Below are positions 27,462-37,428 of a stretch of DNA of 63,930 nucleotides, piece after piece. The notes below the pieces were generated by a model that saw only the letters and a program-made list of their open reading frames with translations, had not been told where the DNA came from and searched no databases. The stretch covers positions 1 to 63,930 of the forward strand of contig PEYT01000023.1 in assembly GCA_002774285.1 (NCBI GenBank). Reading direction: 5' to 3'. The position numbers and the translations under genes are program-made. Positions within the stretch are counted from its first letter, which is position 1. Each line of letters begins with the position of its first letter. The DNA comes from a candidate division WWE3 bacterium CG08_land_8_20_14_0_20_40_13 (lineage in GTDB: Bacteria > Patescibacteriota > WWE3 > 0-14-0-20-40-13).

Positions 27462-30400
27462 ATGAAAGCACATATTGCAGGAATCGGGGGGGAGGGGTGG
27501 TCATGGATAGCAAAAGTTCTTCTTGAAATTGGATGGGAAGTTACTGGTTGCGATTCCGGAAACATTAAATTAAACCCCCACATCAAGGAGCTTTCTGCCC
27601 ATGGTCTTAAAGAAGCATATCAGGGAAATTCACCAACTCACATAACAAAGAAACTAGATTACTTTCTATATACCAGCGCGCTTTTATCTTTACCGATTAA
27701 CAAAAGAGAGTTTGACAAAGCTCAAGAACTTAATATCAAGTGCTACGACCGCAATAAATTTTTCCCCTTGTTTCTTAAAGATAAGGATGTAATTGCCGTG
27801 GCGGGAACTCACGGTAAAACGACAACTTCCGGAATTACCGCATTTCTCTTGGACTCCCTTGGCGATAAATGTGGGTTTGGAGTAGGGGGGACCTTAAAAA
27901 ATTTTAGGACTAACGGAAGGGTGGGGGAGAGCGCTAATTTTGTCATAGAGGCTGATGAATTTGGCGATGCTTTCTTGGGACTTACACCAAAAATTGAAAT
28001 AATTACTCACCTAGAAAACGATCACACAGACTACTTCCCCAGGTTTAACGACATGGTACGCTCGTATGACAAGTTTGTTAATTACCTTAAAAATAACGGC
28101 GTAATTATTTATTGTAAGGATAATCCGGTACTTAATAAACTTGTAATTTCATCTAATAAAAGATCAATTTCGTATGGATTTAACAGTAATTCAGACTGGG
28201 TTTTAACTGATCTCAAAATTACAGGTTTTACGACATATTGGACCATTCGTTTTCAAGGAAAAAATTATAAAGCAGAAATACCTTTTCCCGGAACCCAATA
28301 CGCTTTAAATGCCACCGCTGGGATTATTGCTTGTTACGAGGCCGGTTACGACATTGCCGAAGCGGTAGGTTTTTTAAAGGGATATCAAGGAGTGGAAAGA
28401 AGATTTGAAATTAACAAAGTAAAAGGTATCACAATTGTTAACGATTACGGTCATCATCCAACAGAAATTCTTACGACTATTAAAGGAGCAAAAGGAATAG
28501 GGAAAAGATTAATTGTGATTTTTGAACCACATCAATACAAAAGGTGTTTTGATTTAAAAAAGGATTTTGAAAGGGTTTTTGATGGTGTTGATATATTAAT
28601 TCAAACGGAAATATTTGCATCAAGAGAAATCCCACCATATCCAATAACAAACGAAGAGTTTTTTAAGATAACAAAGAAGGGATTAAGCAGGTCGTATTAT
28701 ATCCAGTCGTACCATAACATTCCGACATTTATAAAACGAATATCAAAATCCGGGGATTTAATATTGGTTTTTGCCGTGGGTCATGGAGGTTGGATCACTG
28801 AGGATCTTATAAAGGGCATATCGCAAATTAGGCCACTGCCCGATTTCGGGCAGTGGCCTAATTTTGGCCGTCCTTGCAAGATTTTAGTAATGGGATTAGG
28901 GGTAAATGGAGGTGGGGTTGCGGTGGCTAGATACTTTGCCGAAAGGGGCGATGTAATCACAATCACCGATTTAAAAAACAAAGAGTTCCTTAAAAGTTCA
29001 ATAGATCAATTGAAAGATTTTAAAAATATTAAATACCATTTAGGTTTTCATGACGAAAATGATTTCCGGTCTCACGACCTAGTTATCCGTAATCCCGGAG
29101 TGCCTCGAGAGTCAAAATACCTTCAGATTGCTAAAGAGCACGGCGCCGAAGTTACTCTACAGGAAGGAATTTTTTTTAAAAATTGTCCTACAAGCAACAT
29201 CATTGGTGTCACTGGAACTAAGGGAAAAACCACAACCGCGTACCTTATTTACGAGGTTCTTAAAGCTAATGGTAAAAAAGTTCATTTAGCGGGAAATATG
29301 CAACTCGGTGTCTTGGATATTCTTTCTAAAATTAAAAAGGACGACTTCGTGGTGTTGGAGCTTTCCAGTTGGCAGTGCGAGGCGTTAGACGATGTCAAAA
29401 TGTCGCCCAGAATCTCTGTTATCACAAATATCTATCCCGACCATTTAAATAGGTATAAGTCGTACCGCGATTATGCGATGTCTAAATCGTCTATTTTTAA
29501 ATATCAAGAAGTAAAAGATCATTTTATTACCGTTAAAGGTGGTAAATTTACAAAGCAATTTTTTGATCTCTGTATCTCCCATAAACACTTAATTGGGGCT
29601 AATTCCTTTAAAGTGTCCAAACCCCTACTTACAGGTGAGCACAATCTTTTTAATATGATGGTTGCGCTAAAGGTTTCGGAAATTCTAAAACTTGATTTTA
29701 GTAAATCTGTCCAAGCTATAACAAAATTTAAAGGTGTCCCCTATCGTCAGGAAAATATTGGGATTGTAGCAGGAGTTCCTTTTATTAATGACACGACCGC
29801 GACAAATCCAACATCGGCTATTGTTGCAACTCAGTTGTTTAAATCGCAACGGCCTGTTGTTATATTGGGCGGCGCCGATAAAGAGTTGGATTTTTCTGAA
29901 CTTGTAAAATACATCGCAATTAACGATATTAAATATGTACTACTAAGGGGCTTGGCGTCAGACAAATTGGTTAGATTGGGATTTGATAAAAGTTTGATAT
30001 TTAATAATTTCGCAGATGCTATTTCCGAAGCGTTTCTTTTGGCAAGAAGAAATGGTGGTTGTGTGCTTTTATCCCCCGGAGCCGCAAGTTTTGGATTATT
30101 TAAAAATGAATTTGATCGTGGTGATCAGTTTAACGGATATTTTAACAAACTCAAAAAAATATATCAGATAAAACGGTTACCAAAATGCGACTCAAGACTT
30201 GTGGAAAAGGGCGATGTTTTTGTAGCTATTAAAGGGGTAAAGATCGATTCTCATCAGTTTATAGAACAAGTTGCAATTAAAGGCGTCGCTGTTATTATCG
30301 GAGAGAATTATTCAAGTGCGATCGAAAAAAAATACCCCAATACAATTTTTCTTAAAGTATTAAAGTCACGAGAAATATATTCGGATCTTTGCGCATATTA

Positions 30401-31487
30401 TAACGAGGATCCGCAAAATAAACTTAAGATAATTGGAATAACTGGAACCGATGGAAAAACCACTACTTGCCATTTTCTTAACTCCATTTTAAACGCTGCC
30501 GGATTTAGGTCGGAAGTTATTTCAACCGTGTCTTCTCCGGGGTTGCATACTACAACACCCGATCCTGACATTTTATTTAAAATGTTGGCCAATATGGTAA
30601 AAAGGAAAGTCGAATATTGTGTTTTGGAGGTAACTTCCCACGCTTTGGATCAGTCGCGGGTTTCTCCAATAACATATACCGCCTCTTGTATTACAAACGT
30701 AACGCCGGAACATCTGGATGCTCATGGAACATACAAGAACTATTTACAGACAAAGGCAAAGATATTTTTACAATCTAAAGCGGTTTATTTGAATAGTAAA
30801 GGTAGGGGGTACGAAAGTTTGTTAAAATTATCCCACAAACTTCCGTCCCTAAAAATCATCAGAGAAATCGCGAATATCAGTTATTCTAAAAATTGGAGCC
30901 AGATTTTCCCCGGAAGTTACAATGTCCAAAATGCTGTTTGCGCCGCGTCTCTTGCAAAATTCCTTAATATTTCCAATAAAGATATTAACATGGGGTTAAA
31001 TTGCGCAATTCCTCCCGAGGGTAGGTTTGAATTTGTCAAAAACAATCTTGGGATAAACATCGTGATTGATTTTGCCCATACCCCGAATGCTTTGGAGAGT
31101 CTTCTTAAAACTGTTAAAAAGATCAAAAACCTGTCATCAAAAATCATTACTGTTTTTGGATGTGCCGGTGAGCGGGACCATTACAAAAGGCCAAAGATGG
31201 GGGTAATTTCTTCAAAATATTCTGATTTTGTCGTTGTTACATCCGAAGATCCAAGAGGTGAGGATCAAGATACTATAATCAACGACATTATCCGTGGAAA
31301 TCCTCGGTTTAAATTTGCTAGAATATCGGATAGGGGTAACGCGATTAAAGAATCCATCAAACTTGCAAAGAAAGGAGATTGGGTTCTAATCTGCGGTAAA
31401 GGACACGAGAAATCGATGAACATCGGTGGAGTTGAAACGCCGTGGGATGATAAGGAGATAATAGGGGCGTGTTTAAAACTATTATGA
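27462..31487 (+). CDS. triple-fusion Mur ligase: MurC - MurD - MurE modules in one 1341-aa polypeptide
   Basis: Three P-loops: AGTHGKTTT (MurC module from nt 27462), GVTGTKGKTTT (MurD module from about nt 28878, ILVMGLGVNGGG) and GITGTDGKTTT (MurE module from about nt 30175, CDSRLVEKGDVFVAIKG). The ORF is uninterrupted. Confidence 0.9.
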   Translation: MKAHIAGIGGEGWSWIAKVLLEIGWEVTGCDSGNIKLNPHIKELSAHGLKEAYQGNSPTHITKKLDYFLYTSALLSLPINKREFDKAQELNIKCYDRNKFFPLFLKDKDVIAVAGTHGKTTTSGITAFLLDSLGDKCGFGVGGTLKNFRTNGRVGESANFVIEADEFGDAFLGLTPKIEIITHLENDHTDYFPRFNDMVRSYDKFVNYLKNNGVIIYCKDNPVLNKLVISSNKRSISYGFNSNSDWVLTDLKITGFTTYWTIRFQGKNYKAEIPFPGTQYALNATAGIIACYEAGYDIAEAVGFLKGYQGVERRFEINKVKGITIVNDYGHHPTEILTTIKGAKGIGKRLIVIFEPHQYKRCFDLKKDFERVFDGVDILIQTEIFASREIPPYPITNEEFFKITKKGLSRSYYIQSYHNIPTFIKRISKSGDLILVFAVGHGGWITEDLIKGISQIRPLPDFGQWPNFGRPCKILVMGLGVNGGGVAVARYFAERGDVITITDLKNKEFLKSSIDQLKDFKNIKYHLGFHDENDFRSHDLVIRNPGVPRESKYLQIAKEHGAEVTLQEGIFFKNCPTSNIIGVTGTKGKTTTAYLIYEVLKANGKKVHLAGNMQLGVLDILSKIKKDDFVVLELSSWQCEALDDVKMSPRISVITNIYPDHLNRYKSYRDYAMSKSSIFKYQEVKDHFITVKGGKFTKQFFDLCISHKHLIGANSFKVSKPLLTGEHNLFNMMVALKVSEILKLDFSKSVQAITKFKGVPYRQENIGIVAGVPFINDTTATNPTSAIVATQLFKSQRPVVILGGADKELDFSELVKYIAINDIKYVLLRGLASDKLVRLGFDKSLIFNNFADAISEAFLLARRNGGCVLLSPGAASFGLFKNEFDRGDQFNGYFNKLKKIYQIKRLPKCDSRLVEKGDVFVAIKGVKIDSHQFIEQVAIKGVAVIIGENYSSAIEKKYPNTIFLKVLKSREIYSDLCAYYNEDPQNKLKIIGITGTDGKTTTCHFLNSILNAAGFRSEVISTVSSPGLHTTTPDPDILFKMLANMVKRKVEYCVLEVTSHALDQSRVSPITYTASCITNVTPEHLDAHGTYKNYLQTKAKIFLQSKAVYLNSKGRGYESLLKLSHKLPSLKIIREIANISYSKNWSQIFPGSYNVQNAVCAASLAKFLNISNKDINMGLNCAIPPEGRFEFVKNNLGINIVIDFAHTPNALESLLKTVKKIKNLSSKIITVFGCAGERDHYKRPKMGVISSKYSDFVVVTSEDPRGEDQDTIINDIIRGNPRFKFARISDRGNAIKESIKLAKKGDWVLICGKGHEKSMNIGGVETPWDDKEIIGACLKLL

Positions 31488-32653
31488 AAAAAACAATAGT
31501 TGTATTTTTTGGTGGAATTTCTCCCGAACACGAGGTATCGGTAATTACTGGCCTCCAAATTTTGGCTAATTTGGATAAAGAGAAGTATCTTCCAATTCCA
31601 ATTTATGTTGCAAAAGATGGGATTTGGTACACTGGAGATAATCTTTTTAACTCCGAAACATATAAAAACTTATCTAATATTCCTATATATTGTAATCAAG
31701 TATATTTCTCGCCAGAGGGAACGAGCTGGTCTTTAAAAATTTGTCATAGAGGTTTTTTTAAGCCGGAATCTTCCGTTAAAATTAATGTTATTTTTCCGTG
31801 TTTTCACGGAGGCTTGGGGGAAAATGGCGGATTTCAAGGCTTATTTGAAATTACTGGGATTCCTTATGTTGGTTCCAGTATTTTGGGAAGCGCCTTGGGG
31901 ATGGACAAAGTTTCCGCGAAAGCCGTCTTTGCCGAAAGTGATATAGTCCAAAGTGACTATATTGCATTTGATAGGAGATCTTGGGATAGAGAAAAAAGTA
32001 AGATCCTTAAAAATATTAGAACCAAACTAAAATTTCCCCTTTTTGTTAAGCCTGCCTCATCTGGATCAAGTATTGGTGTCTCCAAAGTTGTTGACGATAC
32101 TGGGTTAGAAAATGCTGTAGAAGTCGCGTTTTGTTTTGGAACCCAAGTTCTTGTCGAAAAAGCTATCCAGAACGCGCGCGAAGTAAATGTATCTGTGATG
32201 GGGAATATTGGTGGCGATTTCGAAGTTTCGGTATGCGAGGAAGTTTTTGCCAAGGACAACTTTTTAAGTTTTGATGATAAATATAAATCAAATAATAAAG
32301 GGGCCAAGGGCATGGCGGCGACAAATAGGATGATTCCTGCAGAAATTTCTAAAGATCTAGAAATAAAGATTAAGGAAATTGCTATGAAAGCGTTTAGATT
32401 ACTTTCGTGTTCAGGTATTGTTAGGGTAGATTTTCTTATTAAAGGCTCTAGTATTTATCTTCTTGAGGTTAATACCATTCCCGGTTCTTTTAGCTTTTAT
32501 CTTTGGGAAGCGTCCAAAGTTAGATTTTCCGCGCTTTGCGATAAGCTAATACAATTGGCGGAGGAGACACATAAACAAAAATCCAACCTTTCAACTTCTT
32601 TTTCCGGTAATTTGCTTTCTAATATCGGTGCTTCCCTTATAAATTCCAAGTGA
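31484..32653 (+). CDS. ddl: D-alanine--D-alanine ligase
   Basis: IVVFFGGISPEHEVS, FPCFHGGLGENGGFQGLFE and LLEVNTIPG. ATG at 31484 overlaps the stop of the Mur fusion (ATGA). Confidence 0.9.
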   Translation: MKKTIVVFFGGISPEHEVSVITGLQILANLDKEKYLPIPIYVAKDGIWYTGDNLFNSETYKNLSNIPIYCNQVYFSPEGTSWSLKICHRGFFKPESSVKINVIFPCFHGGLGENGGFQGLFEITGIPYVGSSILGSALGMDKVSAKAVFAESDIVQSDYIAFDRRSWDREKSKILKNIRTKLKFPLFVKPASSGSSIGVSKVVDDTGLENAVEVAFCFGTQVLVEKAIQNAREVNVSVMGNIGGDFEVSVCEEVFAKDNFLSFDDKYKSNNKGAKGMAATNRMIPAEISKDLEIKIKEIAMKAFRLLSCSGIVRVDFLIKGSSIYLLEVNTIPGSFSFYLWEASKVRFSALCDKLIQLAEETHKQKSNLSTSFSGNLLSNIGASLINSK

Positions 32654-32691
32654 AAAAGGCATATCGAGAAAATAGAGCACTGCCCTAATTC

Positions 32692-34017
32692 TTAATAATT
32701 GTCGGTAAGATCATTTTCGATGAGAATTACTGGAGATTTTATGTTAAGAGACTCTACAGTTTTATTTAAAAGTTTTATTGATTCCATATAAATAATTTTA
32801 AATTTAGTTGTGATTCCCTCTGCCAGCGCAATAGTTCTTTCATTTTTCCCAACAAGAATAATGTAGTCGCACATCTCATCGCAAAGTTTTCCAAGTTCCC
32901 GATGAATCTCCTTTGTTTTACTACCTAGCTCAACGATTCCGGGAGTGGCGATGATTTTTATTCCCTTAAAGCCTTTTAGTGCACTCAAGGCCAGTTTAAA
33001 ACCATCTACATTACTGTTATAAGAATCGTCTAGAATTGTCCAGCCATTATCTAATATCTTTACTTCAAGTCTGTGCGAGAAAGGTTTAAGTTCTGTCAAT
33101 TTTTTGTCTATACTCGTCTGCGTAAGACCGATAATTTTGGCCATTGTTGCCGCGGCAATCGCGTTTGTTATATTGGCAGTGCCGATTAGACTAAAATTAG
33201 TAATGTTAATGTCCTCAAAACTATAAAATACTGGTTCGAGTTGATTGGGAGAATTAGAGACATATGGAAGATAGCTGCTAGTGATTAATTCGCAGTCGTG
33301 GTTTAAAAGGCATCTTGTTTTATCTGTTACCGCTTGGATTAGTTCAAACTTGGCCTTTATTGTGTTCTCAATCTTTCCAAATCTTTCTAAATGTTGTTCG
33401 TTAATCCCGGTCAAAATAGCATAGTCGGGTTGTGCCATTTTGCAGAGTTCCTTAATCTCTCCAGTTTTGTAGGCTCCCATTTCGCAAATAAAAAAATCGT
33501 AAGATTCATCAAGTTCCAGATCAATCACATTCTTTATGCCAAAAAGAGTGTTGTAACTTTCCGGAGTTCGAAGAACTTTGTAGTTGTCTTTTAAAATTTG
33601 ATATAGAAATTCTTTGGTGGTAGTTTTACCATACGATCCTGTAATACCAATTACCTTTAGCCCTTTAGATTTTAGATGGAGGATTATTTTTCTGGTTTTA
33701 GATATCGCGAGTTTTCGATTTATAGCTTCATAAGGGCGTCTTGTGACAAGCGCAAATACCACAAATATCCAAGGGAAAAATGCTAGGAAAAGTCCAAATA
33801 ACAATCCAAAAATCCCCAACACTTCAAACAATCCTAAAATTATAATCAAATACCAAAAACCCGCGCAAACGGCAATAAATTTTGCCTTATAGGTCCAAAC
33901 TAGGGGCTTTTTGCCTTCTAACGCTTTTCCAAAGGGGTTTTTTAAAACCCATTTTAAAAACCTTCTAATTTGGTAATCCTCAAGTTGAAGGATAAGTATG
34001 TAAGAAATTAAATTCAT
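32692..34017 (-). CDS. murF: MurF-like UDP-MurNAc-tripeptide--D-Ala-D-Ala ligase with a transmembrane N-terminus
   Basis: GITGSYGKTTTKE P-loop, CEMGAYKTGEIKEL...ILTGINEQHLERFG and DDSYNSN are MurF-type. The first ~100 aa are hydrophobic helices rather than the usual N-terminal domain. Confidence 0.7.
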   Translation of the reverse strand: MNLISYILILQLEDYQIRRFLKWVLKNPFGKALEGKKPLVWTYKAKFIAVCAGFWYLIIILGLFEVLGIFGLLFGLFLAFFPWIFVVFALVTRRPYEAINRKLAISKTRKIILHLKSKGLKVIGITGSYGKTTTKEFLYQILKDNYKVLRTPESYNTLFGIKNVIDLELDESYDFFICEMGAYKTGEIKELCKMAQPDYAILTGINEQHLERFGKIENTIKAKFELIQAVTDKTRCLLNHDCELITSSYLPYVSNSPNQLEPVFYSFEDINITNFSLIGTANITNAIAAATMAKIIGLTQTSIDKKLTELKPFSHRLEVKILDNGWTILDDSYNSNVDGFKLALSALKGFKGIKIIATPGIVELGSKTKEIHRELGKLCDEMCDYIILVGKNERTIALAEGITTKFKIIYMESIKLLNKTVESLNIKSPVILIENDLTDNY

Positions 34018-34024
34018 TATATTG

Positions 34025-34058
34025 ATTAGGGTGGAACCCTTTAGGGTTCCACCCTAAT
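34025..34058. repeat. REP-like palindrome (TTAGGGTGGAACCCT / AGGGTTCCACCCTAA)
   Basis: 15-nt perfect arms at 34026-34040 and 34043-34057 around a TT centre. Overlaps the stop codon of the hydrolase gene and sits just upstream of the murF start. Confidence 0.65.
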
Positions 34059-34803
34059 TCTGCTCTAAAAACTCTGTGACAATCTCTAAAAATTTTTCGG
34101 GTTTTTCGGTATGGGGACTATGCCCCGCGCCCCAAACAATTCTAAGCGTCGCATGGGGAATTAGCTCCTTAAATTTTTTAGCGTGTGTAATTGGTAAGAT
34201 CTCATCACGATCTCCCCACAATATCAGCGTTGGAATCTTTATTTTTTTTGCATGTTCTGTAAGATCCGTCAAAACAATTTTTTTAAATGTTGGTAATAGT
34301 TCTTTTGCCATTTTATAATCGCTACTGCCTACAAAATCAAATATAATTTTAGAAAGCGGTTTTGGTAATATTTTTATTATTGGCTTTCCAAAACCTATCG
34401 CCGTAAGAAGAAATTTTGATTTAAAATCCTTAATTGGTAATCCGGCGGAGTCAATCAAAATTACCTTTTTACATATCTTAGCCTTTGTTCCAAGGATTAA
34501 TGCGATTCGGCCGCCAAAAGAATGACCGGCAATAGTTAAATTATCAAGTGAAAGCTTTTTAATAAATGTCTCAACAAAATTGGCGTAATCAAAAATATCC
34601 CAAGAGTCGGGAGGAATTTGTGTTTGACCAAATCCGGGAAGGTCAACAAGGATCACATTTATAGATTTAGAAAGTTCATATGAGGTTTTTTCCCATATCG
34701 TTAAATTATTCTGCCAGCCATGGAGAATTAAAATATTTTCCTTGGATTTCGGGCTAGGAAATATTTTGTAGTTTGTGAGAAGGTTACTGACTACTATTTG
34801 CAT
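34054..34803 (-). CDS. alpha/beta-fold hydrolase
   Basis: GHSFGG nucleophile elbow, HGW oxyanion region and C-terminal GHSPH. Confidence 0.8.
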   Translation of the reverse strand: MQIVVSNLLTNYKIFPSPKSKENILILHGWQNNLTIWEKTSYELSKSINVILVDLPGFGQTQIPPDSWDIFDYANFVETFIKKLSLDNLTIAGHSFGGRIALILGTKAKICKKVILIDSAGLPIKDFKSKFLLTAIGFGKPIIKILPKPLSKIIFDFVGSSDYKMAKELLPTFKKIVLTDLTEHAKKIKIPTLILWGDRDEILPITHAKKFKELIPHATLRIVWGAGHSPHTEKPEKFLEIVTEFLEQN

Positions 34804-34834
34804 TGGATCAATTAGGGAGTTTCCCTATTTAAAT

Positions 34835-36046
34835 TCAAGATATTGGAAGTTTTGGTGGTTCCTCATGCGACGGGAGTTCGCCAACCCTTTTTAATTTACT
34901 CTGAATCACCCTAGTCCTTGTTCCCACAAGTTCATCAATTTCCCTGCCCGCCTCGTTAATCTTAAGTTTTGCTTTTTCTAAAACTCCGCCAAATTTTTCA
35001 AACTCTGTTTTTACTTCCCCGAGAGTTTGCCAAACCTCGCTGGTTCTTTTTTCTATGGCAAGGGCTCTAAAACCCATTTGAAAGGAGCTTAGGGTTGCCA
35101 CAAGTGTCGTGGGTCCAGAAATCATAACTTTAAAATCACGGCGGATACTTTCATATAAAACATTTCGTCGTGCGACTTCTGCGTAAAGACCTTCAACAGG
35201 TAAAAACATTATGGCGTATTCTGTAGTATGTGGTGGGTCGAGATATTTTGTATAAATATCTTTAGCGTTTAATTTTATAGCAGTTTCTAGTTCTTTCGAC
35301 GCCAACTCAATTTTTGAAAGATCTCCAGATTCATAGGCATCAATAAGTGTATGGTATTTATCCATAGGGAATTTAGAATCGATTGGAAACAAAAGTTCTT
35401 TAGATCCCGCATCTTTGTTGGGGATCCTTACGGCAAATTCCACCGGCATGTTAGATCCTGCTTTTGTAACTACATTCTTAAGATACTGTGAGGGAGTTAA
35501 AATTTCTTCCAGAATACTTTCTAGTTGGACCTCGCCAAAAACGCCACGGGTTTTAACATTGGATAAAACCTTTTTTAAATCTCCCACACCGGTTGCAAGA
35601 TTTTGCATTTCGCCAAGGCCTTTGTGTACTAGTTCCAATCGCTCGCTGACCATTTTAAAGGATTCTCCTAGTCGTTTTTCTAAAGTTTCGTGGAGCTTTT
35701 CGTCAACCGTTTTTCTCATCTGCTCCAGTTTTGTGGCATTATCTTCCTGAATACTCCTAAGTTTTGTATCAACCATGGTAGAAAGTCCTGCTATTTGTTT
35801 AAAAAGCGTGTCACCAAAAGATTTAAAATTGTTGGAAAGTTCCTCGCGATTTGTTCTTAAGGAGTTTGCCGATTCTTTCCGGCTTCGTTGAAATTCGTCC
35901 TTTATTTGCAAATCACTTTTTTCGAATGCTTTAGCTACAATATCGCTGTAGTCAACCTTTGAGGTTGACTTTAGCGTTAAAGCTATAATAACGACAGATA
36001 GAACGATTAAGAGGATAAGAAGGAATAGAAGGATTAGATCAATCAT
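34835..36046 (-). CDS. rmuC: DNA recombination protein RmuC
   Basis: N-terminal TM helix, long coiled coil and a C-terminal nuclease-like region (MFLPVEGLYAEV...). Confidence 0.8.
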   Translation of the reverse strand: MIDLILLFLLILLIVLSVVIIALTLKSTSKVDYSDIVAKAFEKSDLQIKDEFQRSRKESANSLRTNREELSNNFKSFGDTLFKQIAGLSTMVDTKLRSIQEDNATKLEQMRKTVDEKLHETLEKRLGESFKMVSERLELVHKGLGEMQNLATGVGDLKKVLSNVKTRGVFGEVQLESILEEILTPSQYLKNVVTKAGSNMPVEFAVRIPNKDAGSKELLFPIDSKFPMDKYHTLIDAYESGDLSKIELASKELETAIKLNAKDIYTKYLDPPHTTEYAIMFLPVEGLYAEVARRNVLYESIRRDFKVMISGPTTLVATLSSFQMGFRALAIEKRTSEVWQTLGEVKTEFEKFGGVLEKAKLKINEAGREIDELVGTRTRVIQSKLKRVGELPSHEEPPKLPIS

Positions 36047-36669
36047 CTAAATATTTTACCACGAACAAAAGATATTAGAGCGTCGCGTTGTTTTTTATCT
36101 TTTAGGATATGAGAGATTCCGGGGGCGACAGAAGCGATTACAATTACGCCAATAATCGGTAAGAGATATTTATCAACATCCGGAATAACGCTTCCCAGAA
36201 AATAGCCAATCAAAGTAATTCCAGTGGCCCAAAATAATCCCCCAAAAACATTGTAGGAAATAAAAGTACGATAGGACATGTTTCCTATCCCTGCAACAAT
36301 TGGGGCAAAAGTACGGATTACGGGAATAAAACGAGCAAGGATAATGGTTTTTTTGCCGTGCTTTTCGTAAAACAATTCAGCCTTTTCTAGATTTTCTTTG
36401 TGAAAAAATGCGGAGTCTTTTCTTTGGAACAATCTTCTTCCAAATTTATGTCCAATCTCGTAGCCTGTGGAATCGCCCGCAACAGCGGCGATAAAACAAA
36501 GGAAAGTTAGAACTTTTATATCAAAAATTCCTTGCGAGGCAAGAAATCCAGCGGTAAACAAAAGACTGTCTCCGGGAAGAAAAAAACCAATCAGAAGTCC
36601 GGATTCGGCAAAAACAACTGTGAAGATACCAAGATAACCGATTGTGGGGAGAATAGTTGTTAAATTCAT
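36043..36669 (-). CDS. DedA-family membrane protein
   Basis: VFAESGLLIGFFLPGDSLLFTAGFLA is the DedA/SNARE-associated signature. ATG at 36669 (MNLTTILP) preferred over the longer ORF. Confidence 0.8.
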   Translation of the reverse strand: MNLTTILPTIGYLGIFTVVFAESGLLIGFFLPGDSLLFTAGFLASQGIFDIKVLTFLCFIAAVAGDSTGYEIGHKFGRRLFQRKDSAFFHKENLEKAELFYEKHGKKTIILARFIPVIRTFAPIVAGIGNMSYRTFISYNVFGGLFWATGITLIGYFLGSVIPDVDKYLLPIIGVIVIASVAPGISHILKDKKQRDALISFVRGKIFR

Positions 36670-36704
36670 AGTGGTTATAGTACAGTGATGATAGAATATC
36701 TTCA

Positions 36705-37373
36705 ATGCTGTATATTGTCGCAACACCAATAGGAAACATGAGAGACATTTCACAAAGAGCCATTGAGGTTTTAACAAGCGCTAATTTAATTTTGGCCGAA
36801 GATACAAGGTCGGCTGGTAAATTATTGCAGGCTTTGGGGATATCGGGGAAAAAAGTACAAAGTTTTTTTGAACACAATGAGGAACAGAAAATGAGTGGTG
36901 TCATAGATTTACTTAAGGCGGGAAGTTCCTTGGCGCTAATTTCTGATTCTGGAACTCCGCTTATTTCCGATCCGGGATTTAAGCTAGTGCGAGAGTGCCA
37001 AAAAGAAGGAATAAAGGTTGTGCCTATTCCGGGCCCGTCTGCGGTAATTGCCGCTTTATCTGCTAGCGGACTTCCTACCGATAAATTCTTGTTCGTTGGT
37101 TTTTTTCCTAAATCCAAAGGTAAGAGAAAGCAGTTATTGGGGAATATAAGGAAATCGCAAAAGTTGGTTAAAACAAGCGTCGTGGTGTATGAAAGTCCGT
37201 ATAGACTGCTTACGACTTTAAGGGAAATAAGGGAGATATGGGGCAATATTGAAATTTGTGTCGCTTGCGAAATAACCAAGTTTTACGAAGATATCTCCAA
37301 GGATTTTGTCAATAATCAAATTGTCAAATTTTCTAAAAAGAAACCTAGAGGTGAAATAACCATAATATTTTAA
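36705..37373 (+). CDS. rsmI: 16S rRNA (cytidine1402-2'-O)-methyltransferase
   Basis: MLYIVATPIGNMRDISQRAIEVL...ILAEDTR and DSGTPLISDPG. Confidence 0.9.
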   Translation: MLYIVATPIGNMRDISQRAIEVLTSANLILAEDTRSAGKLLQALGISGKKVQSFFEHNEEQKMSGVIDLLKAGSSLALISDSGTPLISDPGFKLVRECQKEGIKVVPIPGPSAVIAALSASGLPTDKFLFVGFFPKSKGKRKQLLGNIRKSQKLVKTSVVVYESPYRLLTTLREIREIWGNIEICVACEITKFYEDISKDFVNNQIVKFSKKKPRGEITIIF

Positions 37374-37428
37374 TAATATTTCATCCTGAGAATAATTGAA
37401 CGGGCGAGATTACAATCGTATTTTAAAT

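Noticed and set aside
36521-37279. 252-aa ORF on the minus strand
   Set aside because: It runs antisense to rsmI and overlaps dedA. It shows no recognisable motifs, whereas both overlapped genes have strong family signatures. It is most likely a shadow ORF.
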